DNA of 64,000 bases from Podarcis melisellensis. Lineage: Eukaryota. Below are positions 26,501 through 42,463 of this stretch, piece after piece. The notes under the pieces were generated by a model. The model ran no database searches and was not told where the DNA came from. It worked only from the letters and a program-made list of their open reading frames with translations. The first letter of the stretch is position 1; every line of letters begins with the position of its first letter. Location: assembly GCA_964234715.1 (NCBI GenBank), contig OZ174290.1. The stretch is one strand, 5' to 3'. The translations under genes were made by a program, and so were the position numbers.

Positions 26501-29500
26501 TTCTTTTTGAAGGGGATGGCTAGTGGCGATGGATGGAGTTGCTCTACCCTTTACTCTGAAAATCTTCAGCAATTTTAGAGGCCTTCAGAAGGAGGGGCTG
26601 AGTGGGCATGAAGCATACGTTACAGCTGTAAATCCTACATAAAGAGTGCTGGTAGGATGCAGTAATTTTCATTACATGGGAACAATAACTGCAGGAAACT
26701 GGGGAGCGTGTTTAGGATTCTCTAGAGTGGAGCTGCTTATTGGGCAGACATGATCTATAGTACCATGCATCTATCAATCCTAGCAGTATAAGCAAATTTC
26801 TCATATGGTCCATCAAAGTTCCCCTAATTGAATTAGGCCAGAGGTAGGAAGCCACAGGCTCAGGGGCCAAGTGCAGCCCTCCAGGCATCTGTATCTGCGC
26901 ACCCCACCCTTGTGCCTGGCTGGAATGTGTTTCTGAAGTGCAATGATGTCCCTTTCTTACCTGAATGTGTGGGGTGCAGATGTGTGGGGTGAGGGCAGAG
27001 ACCTGTGGCTTGTTCACAAGTGGGATGTAGCCTACTGCACATGTGTAGTCACATCCATTGCTTGGCCCACTTTGTGCCTCTGGACCCATCCACCCACTAC
27101 TGCTTTGTGGCCCTGGGAGAGTTGAGCAAATCATGTAGTCCGGATGTGCTGCTGGGATGACTTTCTAAGGGTGTTAGTGGAGCAGCTGGCTGCCACTTTA
27201 GCTCTAGGTAAGCAGAGTTGATACTGAGTGACCCCAACCAAGATGAGAACTGATAGCTGCTCTGGGCATGCCATTCATACCTGATATTGGGAGCTTTCAC
27301 TCAGCTCCCTCCCAAGAGATATTGTCTCCAAATGACCTGGTACCAATGACCTGGAGTCTGGCAAAGAGCTTTTAGAGAGAACTCATTTATTTGTCATTAA
27401 CCTAGGGAAGTGTTTACTTTAGAAAAACAAAGCAGAACACCAGTTCAGGTCCAAGAAAATAGACACAAATCTCTGTGCCTTTGCAGCAAGGTTGATCCCT
27501 GGCCATTCTTAGAAAGCTTTGATCCATTTGCAGGAAGGCTTTGTTGCTAAACATGTGCTTTTTTCCTGGGGCAATCAAATGGCTCTTCATAACATTGTTA
27601 ATTGTAATAAAGAGTACTTCTGTTGCTCCTGTCAGTGGAACAAAGGCATGTAGACTTTATCCCAGCTGGTAACTACAATGGTGGCTGGGACTGCTGCAGA
27701 GATGAAGTCTGCAGCCTGATCTCCTAATGGGATCCAGGCCTCTTTGGTGGACAAGGGAGCTGGGATGGAAAGGGAGCCATTGCCTGGTCTTGCTGGAGAG
27801 GTGGATCAAAGTTGGAAGGTACTGAATGGTTTAGAATGGGATCTGAGCTGCTTCTGACTACATCAAGCAAATCCTTCTGTTTTTTTCCCAACTGTTGAGT
27901 AACAGAGGAAGAAAGGGAGATTTGCTCTCACGAAGGACCTGCTCTACTGTTCACATGGAGCACATGCACCTGAGATGATAGCTCTCAGCTGAGAACAGCA
28001 AGATATGCCCACCCCCATCACCATTTGGGTGCCTGCCAAGGGCTGAGATTCATCCAAAAACATTGACCTAGTTCAGCCTTTTGCTTTAGGAACTGTTAAA
28101 TTGCAGCGGGAAAGCCAGTGTGTGGTATTGGGAACGACACCACAGATGCATCCAAGAAACCATTTTTTCAGAAGGAGCCTGCTGCTTTGGCCTCAAAGGG
28201 GAAGGTTGGGCAGTTTCAACCTGCTTCCCTTCATAAACTGTATTAATTATAGAGCGAAAGATGAAAGTCTGCTGTAGAGAATCAAAATTAAGCTAAAGTT
28301 TTCCCATTAGGTGGTTGTTTTGGCCAAAAGTGCCCACTAATTAAAATACCCAGGCACAAGCAGTTCACAGTAAATACTAATTACACAAACACATCAAAAG
28401 CCTTCTGCCTCTCCAGATAAAGAGCAATTTCTTTCTTTTGATGTTGCATTTCTAATATATTTTGATGGGGCTTTCAGCCGGCAAGCTTCTTTTCCTTCCC
28501 TGATTAAATTTCATTTATAATAAAAGATACCAGGTGCAGGCAGTGAAGTGGGTGTGTGGTAAAGTTGCAGAGGGTGCCTATACACACTTACTAGGAAGTA
28601 AGCCCAACTCAGTGGGACTTGCTTCTAAGTCAGCATGCATAGGATTGTACTGCTGTTCTTCTTAAGGAGCAGCTGAGGAGGTAGAGTCTTGGGTTTGGAT
28701 GCAGGAGTGAACATTGCAGCTTCTCCTGAAGTCTCCCTAGTGTCAGGGCGGGAGTCAGGAACAGCTCAGCAATAACTCACAAGGTGCCAATGAAGTTAAC
28801 TCTTTATTCAAAGAAACAAAACACAAACACATTCTAAAACACAAACCCTCCTGGCCTCTCTGAGTGCACACATACATATGCCCCTTTCTTTTTTTTAGCA
28901 CATACCGGGCAAATATTTCTTTAAGCTGAGGTGTGAAATTTTACTGCCCAGGTAGAAATGCAGAAGAGAGAGGGAGCCCACCTTCCTTTATGGGTTGAAA
29001 GGTGGCTTGTGGGCCTATCAGCTGCAAAAATGCTGCCAAATTTGTGCAAGATTTAGAGTAAAGAGCAGCCTGTTGGATAATTCTGTGTTTCACAATCTGT
29101 AGATGCAAGCTACCTCTGGCATTAATCACTAGAAGGCAGAAAGGCCCATGATACAAAGCTGGTTACAAGAGAAGATGGCAAAAAGGCACCAAGTTTTGTC
29201 TCAGAGACAAAGGAGATGAAATGTTTGTAACCTTCCTCCAGGAGATTACCAACATGGTTTGGCTCTTGCCTCTGGAGCCCAGTAACTATTTACAGAGAAA
29301 ATTATTCTTTTATGAATACTCAAGAAGCAGTCCAAATGAACTGTGAAGGGAGGAAAGGAGGAAGCAAGCATGAGGGAGTTGCTTTTGATCCCACCTGAGA
29401 ATGTAAGAAGGGCTTGTGGCCTTGACTCTTAAGCTCTCTGGGCCAGGAGTGAGGTCCTTGAGATATAGCTTGAATCCATCAGGCGCAGCATGGCCAACAC

Positions 29501-32300
29501 TCGGAGATGATGGAGCTGCAGTCCACTGTCCCCCCCCCCCCCCGACAGAAATCATATTGCTACTTTTACTTCTTCATAGCAGGAACACTCTTAGCAGAGT
29601 GAGGCCTGGGGAATAAGGTTAGGTCTAATTAGTGCATGAAGGGGTTAATGCCATAGAATAAACTGTCCTGCTAGGCCTAGCTAGGTCACTCCCCTGCAGC
29701 TTGGGAGGAAGGTAGTCAAGAGTATTATTGTAACTCAGTTAACCATAGAAGCTCAACCTGTGAGGAGGTCTGAACTGATTGCTGCAGTTCAGACTGCATG
29801 GCTCGTCTAACCAGCCTCCCTTGAGTTCCTTTACCCATAATTTAGGAACTTTTTCACCCCTATAACTAAGCCACATTTGCTGCCTGTGCAACTTTTCTGA
29901 TTGCTGTCTGGAAGAGCACATGAAGCTAACATTTGGAAAGTTTGTAAGGAAACTATTTTTAACTTACCAAACATGTGGCCTTTTCCTGTGCTAGGAGAAG
30001 TGAGGAACTTTGGAAGGAACTTGGAAGGATATATTTTAAAGGTCTAACAGTCACTATTTCCATGCTTTTCTTTGCTGCATATTTGCTATTTTGAATCTCT
30101 GCTGGGGTTCTCTCACTAAAGCTTATCTGTCCCAAACCTAGAACTTGACATCCAGGGAATTTTCCTTTTATGCTTACATTTTTCTCCTGCACCAACATAT
30201 TCTGCCTGTATTACAGATAAGAAATTGTGCTTCAGAAGCTATGGAAACTCTAGGTTCAAATCTCTGTCTGACAGACAGACAGGCAGACAGATCTACTTTA
30301 AAAGGTGTTTATGTAGCCAAATCTTGGGAGGAAGTGTGGCATATACATATAGCAAATTAAAGACAATACTTCCCATAGCAAAATGCAATAATGGTTCCAT
30401 GCTTTATAATTGAAAATTGTTGTTCCTCTCTACCAGAAGCAATAATAGAGCGCAGCCACACTTTCACCTGACCCATAGTTTGATTTTATTGTGTTCTGAT
30501 TAATTCGTCTGGACCCGGGAGCTTTTCTCATTTTTCTGTCACTGTGCCTTGCAAAAACCTGGTCTTACCCCTTAAACTAATGCTCAGTTAAGCAAAATCT
30601 CTCTTATAAATGATATTCTGCACGTCTGATAAGATCCAATTCAGCGGGTAAGATTGGTCTTTCGGAAGACACAGCTGCAGAACAACAAGGAAAGCTTTCG
30701 GACCTGTGGGGATTAATTGACACACCATATGATCAAAAAAATATGGGTCAAGCAAAATTGTGAATGAGCCCATACTCTCTCTGGTGTTCCTTATGTACAT
30801 CCTCTCCCCTTGCCTCAAATGATGCTGGCCTGAGACGGGGTCTTCTGCCTAGACACATGATTGGCTCACCTAGCTCAGTACTGTCTGCACTGACTGGCAG
30901 TGACACTAGGAGTTCAGGCAGCAGTCTTCCCCAGCCTTACCCAGAGATGCTGGGATTTGAATCTGTGACCTGCATGCAAAGCAGATGCTCTACTCACTGT
31001 GCAATGGCCCTCTCCTTGAATTCCCAAATGGTTAGCAAACAGGCTCTCTATCTTGACCCAACCATTCCCCTCCCTCCACACTAATGTGTAGGAATTTATA
31101 ATCTCCCCCTGATTTTTTTCTTTCTGCCAGCTACTTCTTGTTGTTCAAGCTGGGCAGGCATCATGTGATCTACCAGTCCCACCAAAGAGCTGTGGCCTAT
31201 TTATCCGCGGCCGCCTTCTGCAGGAGTTTCTTTTGTGACATTTTCTAAATAACCCATTGACAACTGGAGGTTGCACAGTGTTCACAGTTTTCAGAAGCAG
31301 CAAACAGCTAAAAACAACCTTTGGGCCAGTTTCCTGCTTGCCTCTTTATTAAAAGAGCTATTGTCAGGGTGAGAAGGCTGGAGCCAACAGCTACTGTCAC
31401 AGGAAACTGCCCTGCTCTGGCTGCTGCCATCATCCCAAAGGCTTCTCCCTTGCTGGCACTGGGGTTTTGTCTGAACTAAAAGGGGCTCCATATACCACCC
31501 CCCACCCCCGCTCTGGGGGCTAAATCAAAATAAAATAAAATCTCATCTTCACAAAGGAAACTTGGCAGAACTTTGCCTTCCCTTCAGAGCCTCAGCCTTT
31601 TCCTTTTTTCAGGATCCATCATATCGTACACACATACTCCCTTGCACACTATTTTTTCCTGCACCCCTTCAAAGGTAGAGGTCAGCTGTTCCAGGGACTT
31701 TTCTTTCACTTGCATCTCCTCTGGTTTCTTGCATATGGAATGTGAATCTCGTAGGCCTCTTTCCCCCTCTGGGGCAAATTTGCCCCAATCCCTGTAATTG
31801 TTCGTGGGAAGGTGACCCCTGAATATCCCCTGTTACTCACTCACAGTGCTCAGCATAATTGCAACAGCCTTCATCTAAAGCTGACATCTTTTATCAATCA
31901 TGGTTGCTAAAATACAGTTGTGTGTCATTGGAACATTATACTTGCCCAGAGAGGCATTTTTGCTCTGGCATGGAGACTCACCAGAAGCTGAGTCTTAGCA
32001 TCTTGCAGAAGTATTCTAAGGCGTTTAATTAGGGCTGGTGATTGGGGTACCTACCACCATCCTTGGGTATAGGGCAGTCTTTGAATCCGACTGATTGTGC
32101 CCAAATATGAAAGGAGCTCTCCTGCTGCAAACCTAGAGAGGTTAGCTTCTGTGAGCTGGGGCATGTCTTGACACTTTTCCTGGCAGTTGTGCCACCACCT
32201 CCTTGTGATGTTTTCCCAGCAACAGATGAGCTAGATAGATCCATTCTGGGCAGTGCAGGCCTTACAAGTCCTGCAATAAGCCAAAGTAAGTCTATACTGA

Positions 32301-32531
<231 letters not shown>

Positions 32532-32776
32532 TAAAAGATGGAAGCATAGACTACCCAAGCAAAGCAGCCCAGGTCAAATTCTGGCAACTTGAGGTTTCTG
32601 ACAAGTGACAGATCTTGCTGCTTCTGCTCCGGGCCACCAAGGATGGTGTTCCACTGCCCTTCCAGACTTTTAGGGCTTAGTTATTCATGATTCTGCACCT
32701 CCCCTTGGGGCCAGCCTTCCCTGCTGCTGTTGCATTGCTGAGCTGATCCAAAAGAAATGATTAGAAACCTTTATAG

Positions 32777-33073
<297 letters not shown>

Positions 33074-33247
33074 TAGTGAACCAACTTTTGTCATTGTTCA
33101 TGTGCAATAATTTTAAACTTTTTAAAAGATATAAGTGGGATCTTTTTAGAAAGGGGCTCCTCTGATCAGGGGCCCTTTTCTTAAATAGATTTTCCTTACT
33201 AGGGCACATGTTTGCTTCATGCTGCTGTTGCCCCAAATGACACCTAA

Positions 33248-33565
<318 letters not shown>

Positions 33566-35594
33566 TAAAGAGCTACAACAAAATCCCTTGTAGACTGAGT
33601 AACTGCATTTCACTGCCCAGCTGCTGAGGACACCAGGTGATTGCAAAACTAGGAACTGCAGAGAATGTCAGAGAATTTGGATGCTAGGTGGTCTGGGCCA
33701 ACACGCTCGACAAGAGTTGTAGGTTGGGTTCTTTTGCCCTCTCTTTTCCTTCTATGTGCTTTGAGCACTACTTATATGGGAGCTGAACTTGCCTCCTCAT
33801 AGAAAGCTAAATTCATGGCCATGTTAAAACTGGATTTTCAGTTTCTGGTGTACTTCTTTTCCTGCAGCTCAGAGAGAAACTGCTTCAGCTGGAAAGCTGA
33901 ATTGCTGAGGTTCTCTCTCCCCAGCCAACTGCTGCAGCGCCCTTTCCAATGTGCTGCAGGCAGATATTAGTAATTTAAGAGAGGTCTCAAAACCCACCCG
34001 CCTGCCCAAAATTCTGCTCCTGGAGCTGTTGGTGAAGAGGAAGATGGAACCCTACTTTTATGCTGGCTGTATCAAGCAGGGAAAGCCTGAGCCATTTTGG
34101 GACCTTGGGAAGAGATGGATGAGGGCTGTCTAAAGAAGAGTCCCAGACAGCTTGCATGCATTGGTTGTTTGTGCTTTGAATCAGTCATGAGAGTCCTTCA
34201 GTTGGACCTTCCTGCTCACAATGCACCAAGCCCACCCAGTGAACCTGTGTCCTTCATCTTCCTGTGAGCAAAGGGCTGTTTTCTGACTGTCCACATTTAA
34301 CTGGAGGAAAATTAATTTTCAGCCTTCTGCAGCACTGTCTAGATAAATGACTGCTGACTTCCTGTTGGCGTTGTTAATTGGAACTCATTGTGGCTTAATG
34401 ACTAGTGATGCAGTGCGAGGCTTTTATCAGTTGGGCAGCAAGAAACCTGTTTGATAGCTGAAGCCCCAAGCAGAAAAGTATACCAAGGGGTGGGAGATGC
34501 CCATCGTAAGTGTACCCATCGTATGTGTAGTTTGGTTGAGACAGTCCATCTGTTGTTCAAAGGGCTTGAATTGAGAGATCTCTCTTTACCAGCTAGTTTT
34601 GCAAAGTCTCTTGTTTCACACACAAATGGTTACTAGAACAACTCTCTCTCTCACACTCTCTCTCTCACACAAACAGAGCATGCAAAGTGCTTGTGTGTCC
34701 TGTCTTTGTGGCTGGTGAATCCAACTTACCTTGTGTGTCCTGAGACCCCTCCCCACGTAGCTTTCCCTGGTAGCACTACCTAAGACCTCCAAAGCACTCC
34801 AGGACTAGGAGCTGCTACAACAGTGGCCCAGCCAGTTCAAATGCGAGAGCCATATTAATTTGATGATGACCAAACAAACAAACAAAACTGTTTCCAGTGA
34901 GCAGATGCATCAGAGACTGAACAGTGTGCCTTCTTGCTGTTTCCTTCATTTCCCCTCTCATGGCACTGAAGCCCCTGACAGGAGTGTCTGTCTGCACTTT
35001 TATTGGAGGCGCAGGGGGATGTCCCTTTCTAACTCCCATTGACTGACCAGGTCTAACTTCTTTGGAGTATGTTGATACACCAAAACCCTCTTTCAGAACT
35101 ACAGTTCTTGCTGCCAAAGATGTGGCATGGCTGTCTCTGGCCTATGGAAGAGAATGATTGGCTGCAGCTGAGGTGTGGAGCTTGTGGCCAAGGTGGGGAA
35201 GAGAGATCAGTTAGAGGCAAGTGCAAGAGAGAGACCCCTGAAATGTAGCTGTGTTGTGGAAGGCAAAGCCCACCTTTAAAAACTGACCACTTGCATTGCG
35301 AATGGGTTGCACAGATATGACTCTCTCTCTCAGAATTGTATGGAAGAGTTTTAGGCTTGCTGCTCTTTGGGCACACATCCAGTTTGGGCAGTCTCTGTCT
35401 CCCTGCTATGAGCTCCTCCTTAGGAGAGCTGGAATGCGGTTACTGCCTGCACAGCTCCGGTTGAAACGTTTCAATAATCCAACCCTGTTTTGTTCCATAA
35501 GCCTTTTCTCATATAGTGTTGGCCTTCCCCAACCTTAGTGAAGGAGCTGCTATGAAGCTTGGGGGTACTTGTGGGTCCATTGTTGTAGCTTGAG

Positions 35595-36260
35595 GCTCAG
35601 GTGGTGCAGAGTGCCTTCTATCAGCTTCGGTTGGTAGCCCAACTGCACCCCTATCTGGACAGGGATAGTCTAACTTCTGTCATCCATGCTACGATAACCT
35701 CTAGGTTAGATTACTGCAATGTCTTATACATGGGGCTGCCTCTGAAGACGTTTTGGAAACTTGAGCTGGTGCAGAATTCAGAAGCCAGGTTGCTTACTGG
35801 AGCATATAACCCCCATTCTGGCCTGACTACACTGGCTGCCAATTAGTTTCCGGCCCTATTCAAAATGATGGTTTTGACCTATAAAACCTTAAATGGCTCA
35901 GGACCGCAATACATCAAGGATCGCTTTGCCCCATATGAACCAACCTACGGTCATCATCTGAGGCCCTTCTTTGTGTGCCTCCTCAGTGAGAGGCTCGGAG
36001 GGGGGCAATGGGCCTTTTCTGTGGTGACTCCCCACTTGTGAAATGCTTTCCCCAGGGAGGATTGCCTGGCACCTTCACTACATATCTTTCCGTTCCAGGC
36101 AAAAACATTCCTCTTCTTCTAGGCCTTTGGCTAATTAAACAATCTATGGCCTTTTAAACTATGTGTGGGGCAAGTATTGTTATTGTTTGTTATTATGATG
36201 TGTTTTTGTGGTTTTATATTGTAAACCAGACTGTGATCTTCAGATGAATGGCAATATAGA
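35595..36260 (+). mobile_element. L2-clade LINE 3' fragment
   Basis: Encodes AFYQLRLVAQLHPYLD...IHATITSRLDYCNVLYMGLP...KLELVQN.EARLLT, the typical L2/CR1 RT C-terminus, followed by 3'UTR-like sequence. Confidence 0.85.
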
Positions 36261-36767
36261 CATAATGATGATGATGTATTTTATCTGTACATCAGTTTAT
36301 CAAAGCCCAACATTCTTCTTTGGTTTCTTGTGGGAAGCCCAGTCACCACTAAGCAAAAAAAGTAAATGTGTGACTTAATGCTAGATTTCTGCTAATGGGA
36401 TACTCTAACCTAGGGATCAGGAATATCTGTGGAGGCCCTTCAGATGTTGTTGTGGAGTTCCCATCACCTCTGACCATTGGCCATTCTGACTGGGACTGGT
36501 GGAATTGTGGGGTGGGGGGTGGGGAGTCCAGCAACATCTATAAGGCCCCCACAGGCTTCACACCTGTGTGTTTAAAAAGTAACTTTGCTTTTTGGAGTCT
36601 TGTGGCAGTCAGTAGAAGCCACACTTGGTTTCTCCAGTGGTCAGATCCTAATGAGCCTGGTGGTGTGTGTTCTGCAGCTGTTACCATAAGGGAGTAAGAT
36701 TTGTTATGTAGAGACCTTGTGGGAGGTGGGCTTGCATTGTGTGCAGCCAAGCCTTGCGGGGTTGTAG

Positions 36768-37169
<402 letters not shown>

Positions 37170-37198
37170 TGAGATGCGTTTTCCCAGCCAGTCTGTGA

Positions 37199-37629
<431 letters not shown>

Positions 37630-38200
37630 GTTAGTCTTCTGTGAGGTGCAGCTCTGTTGCTTTCAGATTAACTTACACAATGGGGCAGTTCCAGAGGGTG
37701 CCTGGCTAGCAGCTTTCACAGTGCAAAACTAGCCTTCATGCAGGGACGATTGCTATTTCTCTGGAAATGACAAACTCTTGTCTGTGTAGGCAGATGGCCT
37801 TTTAAAAATATTTCGGGGTTCGTTACTTTGAGAAGGTGACTGACAGGGCTGCCTTCAGCATCCCCACAGGTGCCCACTCAGCCTTTCTCTTCCACCTTGG
37901 GCAGCTACTTCCGTTGCTGAGCGGCAGGAGGGTCCCACAGTAGATTATTTTAATTTCTCACCCATAATATGTCAAGGCCTGCAATATAAATACAGCAATT
38001 TAAAATACAATATTAAAAACAGCTTAAAATAAATCATAGTAATAAGAATTAGGAGTGTCCCTGAAATATAAATATGGTCTCAAAGGCCAGGGTAAATATC
38101 TGCCTCTGGTGGTAGCGGCTAAGCAAGAGGAATGGGGCTGGGTTTTCCATGGGCTTTCTACATTTGGTGTTCACAGTTTGGTTTTGTGTCTGCTTTGCAG

Positions 38201-38278
38201 GCAGAGCAGGCGGGCAACCCAGTGAGCATCAGTGTCCCACAAGTGCAGCTCATCAACCCCGAGAACCAAATAGTGGAG
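38201..38278 (+). CDS. SIK3: SIK3 exon 10 (AEQAGNPVSISVPQVQLINPENQIVE)
   Basis: ttgcag| ... |gtaagt; 78 nt. Confidence 0.95.
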
Positions 38279-38376
38279 GTAAGTTGTTTTTCTCTTCCAG
38301 GACCTCCCCTTGCTAGTCACAGATGCTTCTGCATTTCTCCCCACAAACCACCTTACGGCATGTGTTTCTGCCCTAG

Positions 38377-38486
38377 ACTGATGGAGCAATGACTCTGGAT
38401 AGCGACGAAGGCGAAGAGCCGTCCCCTGAAGCCCTGGTCCGCTACCTCTCCATGAGGAGGCACACGGTGGGAGTGGCTGATCCTCG
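38377..38486 (+). CDS. SIK3: SIK3 exon 11 (DSDEGEEPSPEALVRYLSMRRHTVGVADP; PKA site)
   Basis: cctag| ... |gtgagt; 110 nt. Confidence 0.95.
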
Positions 38487-38779
38487 GTGAGTTTTGCCGC
38501 CTGCTGCTTTTTACAAACAATCCCAGAGCCATCAAAGGGTGTTGCAAATTTCCCTCTGGTATTGCAGCCCTCTGTTCTAAGAGGGACCTGGCTCCTGTCT
38601 CAACTTAGTGGCAGGTGTCACCTCTGTAGTGACACATTATCTGACAAGTTTGGCCTGGAAAATGCTGGCCTCCCTTCTGCTGCTCCTAAGTGGTGGGAAA
38701 CAAACCAGCAGCCCAGAATGTGAGCAGAGAAGCAGGGTTGCCTGGACCGTCTCCTGAGTTATTGTGCATGTGTTTGCAG

Positions 38780-38933
38780 CACGGAGGTGATGGAGGATCT
38801 CCAGAAGCTGCTACCTTGTTTCCCACGCATCGCACCTCAGGCCCCCTTCCTGCAGGTGGCTCCCAACATGAACATGGCAGCCAACATGCTTCCGATGCAA
38901 CACCTGCAACCAACTGGTCAGTTAGAGTACAAG
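38780..38933 (+). CDS. SIK3: SIK3 exon 12 (TEVMEDLQKLLP...GQLEYK)
   Basis: ttgcag| ... |gtatgg; 154 nt. Confidence 0.95.
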
Positions 38934-39280
38934 GTATGGCAAAGGAAACACTTTGGGAACTCTGAGCATCAGTCCCCATTCCTGTGAGATTACCAGCTAC
39001 CATGGCTTCATGAGCCTGTTGAATTGGACCTAAAACCAAATTAAGAAGACACCCACCTTCCTTCCCTCTCACCCACCCACCCACCCACCCAGCTGTATGA
39101 CATGGAGACCCAAGTCATCACTGTCCTGTCTGCCAATCTAAGGGGATGAAGTCTCCACTGCTATTTCAGTGCCTGCTTTTGTGTGATCATGGTTCTCCCA
39201 TGCCCATCAGACCCTGCTGTTTCTCCTGACTCTTGAGGTATGCAGCCAGGGTTTGGTAGAGATGCAGAATTTTCTTGCAG

Positions 39281-39436
39281 GAGCAGTCCTTGCTGCAGCC
39301 CCCAACTTTGCAATTGCTGAACGGAATGGGACCCCTTGGACGGAGGGCGTCAGATGGAGGAGCCAATATCCAGTTGCACGCACAACAGCTCTTGAAGCGT
39401 CCCCGGGGCCCTTCTCCACTTGTTACAATGACACCA
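39281..39436 (+). CDS. SIK3: SIK3 exon 13 (52 aa, contains the RRASDGG PKA site)
   Basis: ttgcag| ... |gtaagt; 156 nt, phase 0-0. Confidence 0.96.
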
Positions 39437-40170
39437 GTAAGTAACTGAAAGATGAGTGGGGTGGGGTGGGGTGGGGTGGGGGTGTTCTGGCACAGCACTG
39501 TGCCCACTTTTCACAGTATTTCACAGCTTCATGGATATGGACCAAGTGATTGCATTCTGCTTCTTCTGGGCTTACTCATGGCAGATAAAAGTGGTGGCCC
39601 TGCCGCATGCAGAGTGCCTCTCTTAGCTGGCCTTTCACCCTTGCTGGTGTAGCATGCATCTTCTGGAACTCAGTTTTTCTCCCTAGTTTTCCTACTGGCC
39701 CTTTCCCCACCTGAGACTGCCTGGCTTGCCATGGGTTTTTTTGGGGGGTGGGGTGGACAGGATCAAGTGCATATGACGAGATGGTGTTTCTCAGATCCAT
39801 GGCCTAACTCCCTATTCCTTCTGAAGGAGTCCTCTTTTTAAAAACAAACCCTATAAAACCTGTTTAGGAAATGAGGCCAAGGCAGACTTTTTATTGAGAC
39901 ATTCATTGACACAAACTAAGCAGCCCTGCCAAGCATGTCCTTTGGACTTAAGGGGCATCAGGATGTGTCTCGCTTGGGGAAGAGCTCGGCCTCTTTTTCT
40001 TAGTTCAGAATCTTTCTTGGGGTATCTTTTTCTTCTGTGGAAGCAATGAACTTCAGGTGGGGCTGGCTCTGGAGTGGGAGTGTGTGGGGAATGGTGCCAA
40101 GTGTGGAGTACCTGGGTGTGTAAAAACCTTTCTGCAGAGCCAAGCCCCCTTCCCTTTCTTGTCCTTCCAG

Positions 40171-40241
40171 GCAGTGCCCGCCGTGACCCCTGTGGATGAG
40201 GAGAGCTCGGATGGAGAGCCAGATCAAGAAGCTGTGCAGAG
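40171..40241 (+). CDS. SIK3: SIK3 exon 14 (AVPAVTPVDEESSDGEPDQEAVQ)
   Basis: ttccag| ... |gtaaca; 71 nt. Confidence 0.95.
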
Positions 40242-42463
40242 GTAACATTGCTCCTGCTGCTGCTGCTGCTGGTGGTGTTGCTGTCTTCGGAGGCACCCTC
40301 TGGTGCCTGGCAGTTGCTTTAGCCATAGCTAGGCAGCAGGTTGGCTTGTGGTTTCTGCTTTGCCTCTGCTTCTCTGGGAACTGGTGTTTCATGTGGACTC
40401 TGCTGCAGCTGTGACCTGCTCCTGCTCCCTCCCCTGGTCTTCCCACTAACCTCCCTGGGTAGGTGGATCTTCTGGTATTTGGGGCCTCAGCTGTTAGTAT
40501 AGCTCTTGGAAGAAGATGCCTACAGTTGACGCCCTGGCTACATCTGATCTCGCTGATGGGGGTCCAAAATGGTCAACTACAATGCTGCTGCTGAAGCCGT
40601 TTGCTTTAGCATGCTTCTTTTGATGCTCCTTGTAGCCTGTGTCCCAAGGAAAGTCTTGCAGGCTGCCTTGGTAGCAGCTGTGAACAGCATCTACCAAGTA
40701 GCTTGCTATTTAAACAGCAGCCTTCCTGATTTCCAGGCAACTACCTTTGCTTGTAAAGAGCTCAGAGTTTGCCTGGAAAAGATGCCTCCTTGAAGATTGG
40801 GGTATCCTTTCCCCTTTAGAGACAGAAGAAGGCAGACAGAAACTGGGTATAAAGGTTGGTTGGTGAGGCAGTTGACGCTTTTTTAAAGGAATGAAATATC
40901 CATGGAGGATTCTATCAGGGATAGCTGTGGTTCCTTATTCCATGTATCTGGGGGAGGCTTTCTAGTGGTTCCTCTTTCCCCTCTTCAAAGCTCTTGGGAA
41001 TGTAGTGTCCTCTCCATTCCTAGTGTCTATTCTCCAGCACCCTCACTACTTTGGTGAACAGCAGTCATTGTATGATGGGGCAGAGCTGTGGTATGTAAAT
41101 CAGATGAGACTGCCTTTGGGGCATGAAATCTGACTCTGTGTGATATCCTTTATAATGGCTCATGGAACTTATTTTTGCTGAGTTGATACAGTAGTTCCTC
41201 TAGCCTGGAGTAGTCTAGCTGGCAATGCATCTAGAGCCCAGCTTATTGGTTCATGGAGGTCTTTGCCTCTGTTCCCTTAACTGGAGACTCTGGTCACTGG
41301 ACTAGGATTCTTTTCATACATACACCTGTCTGCCTGAATCTGTGTTTAAACCGAGACCACTGCAGCTCAATATTTGCCAACTTTGACCAGTCATGGCTTT
41401 CCAGGATCTTGGGCAGAAAAGTCTCCTTCCCATGATCTGTTTCTCAAGAAATGGAATAGGAGATGCTGTACATGGAACTTGGAGCTCCTCCATGGCAGAC
41501 AGGTGCTTTGCCCGTGAACTATGTCCCCTCCCCATTGCCTTTGGGCTAGGACAGATGTCAGTCTTGCTGGGCAGGTTAATGGAATCAACATACTTGAGTC
41601 AAATCCCTTCACATACTGGGATGAGACTACGTGGCTAGAGAATATGGTGTTGCCTGCCTTCCCACTTAGCGTTGGCTGTCACACCATGCCACGGGCTGCC
41701 ACGTCTCAAGAGTCAACATCCTTCCTGCAGGGGTGGGTGCAAATATTGACCTTCATAGAACGGTGTTAGCTGTTGTGCTTGCAGAACCTTGGAGGGGACC
41801 CATGGGCTGGCCTCTCGCCTCCTGCCCTGGGTTTGTTTGAGGTCCCTGACCTTGAATTGCAGCTCGTTGTTCTCTCTACCCCTCCAAAACTGCTTGAAGT
41901 TGTTAAGGGAAAGATTGGTCTCTGGGATATAGAAATGAAACACTGTTAGCAAGTGGCAGATTTAGAGCTCTTCAGGAAATGACCTGATCTCCACCTGAGA
42001 TGCTGGCTTGTTCCCACAGCACTAACTCTTCTCCATCCTCTTAACTCTGCTTTCCTCCTGTGTGGTGGTGGTGGCAAATAGCTTTAATTGCTGCTCCTCT
42101 TTGGTCACAACATAATTGGCATCAAAATATCTGAAGTTTGTACAAGTATACTATAGCCAAAGCTCACCGGCTTCCCTGAAGAAAGTTCCTCACTTGCCTT
42201 TTAAGTTGGCTTTGATAAATGGATTCTACACTCTCAGCAATGAAATTAGGAGAGAACTCAGGAAGCCATGTTGTAGGTTACTCATCTGAGAGCCCTGTAA
42301 AAGCTGGTCCCTAGCACAGATCCAGGAATTGTGGGGGTGGCACCCCCCAACTTTCCCTTCCCTGGAGGCAAGTGAGCCTTTCAGAGGCCCAGGATGCCCT
42401 TATGTCTAACTTTTGCTGAACCATGGCAGCTTTTGCATACATGACCTGAACAATTCCCTTTGT

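Noticed and set aside
30860-31015. Degenerate SINE-like fragments (also near 1410, 20750, 48050, 48390)
   Set aside because: Probably an old squamate SINE, but too decayed to assign a family or boundaries without a library search.
40239-40245. In-frame stop in the exon 14 donor (AG|GTAA), suggesting a truncated isoform
   Set aside because: Any phase-2 GTAA/GTGA donor gives this (exons 11, 15 and 18 do too); there is no independent evidence for intron retention or polyadenylation.
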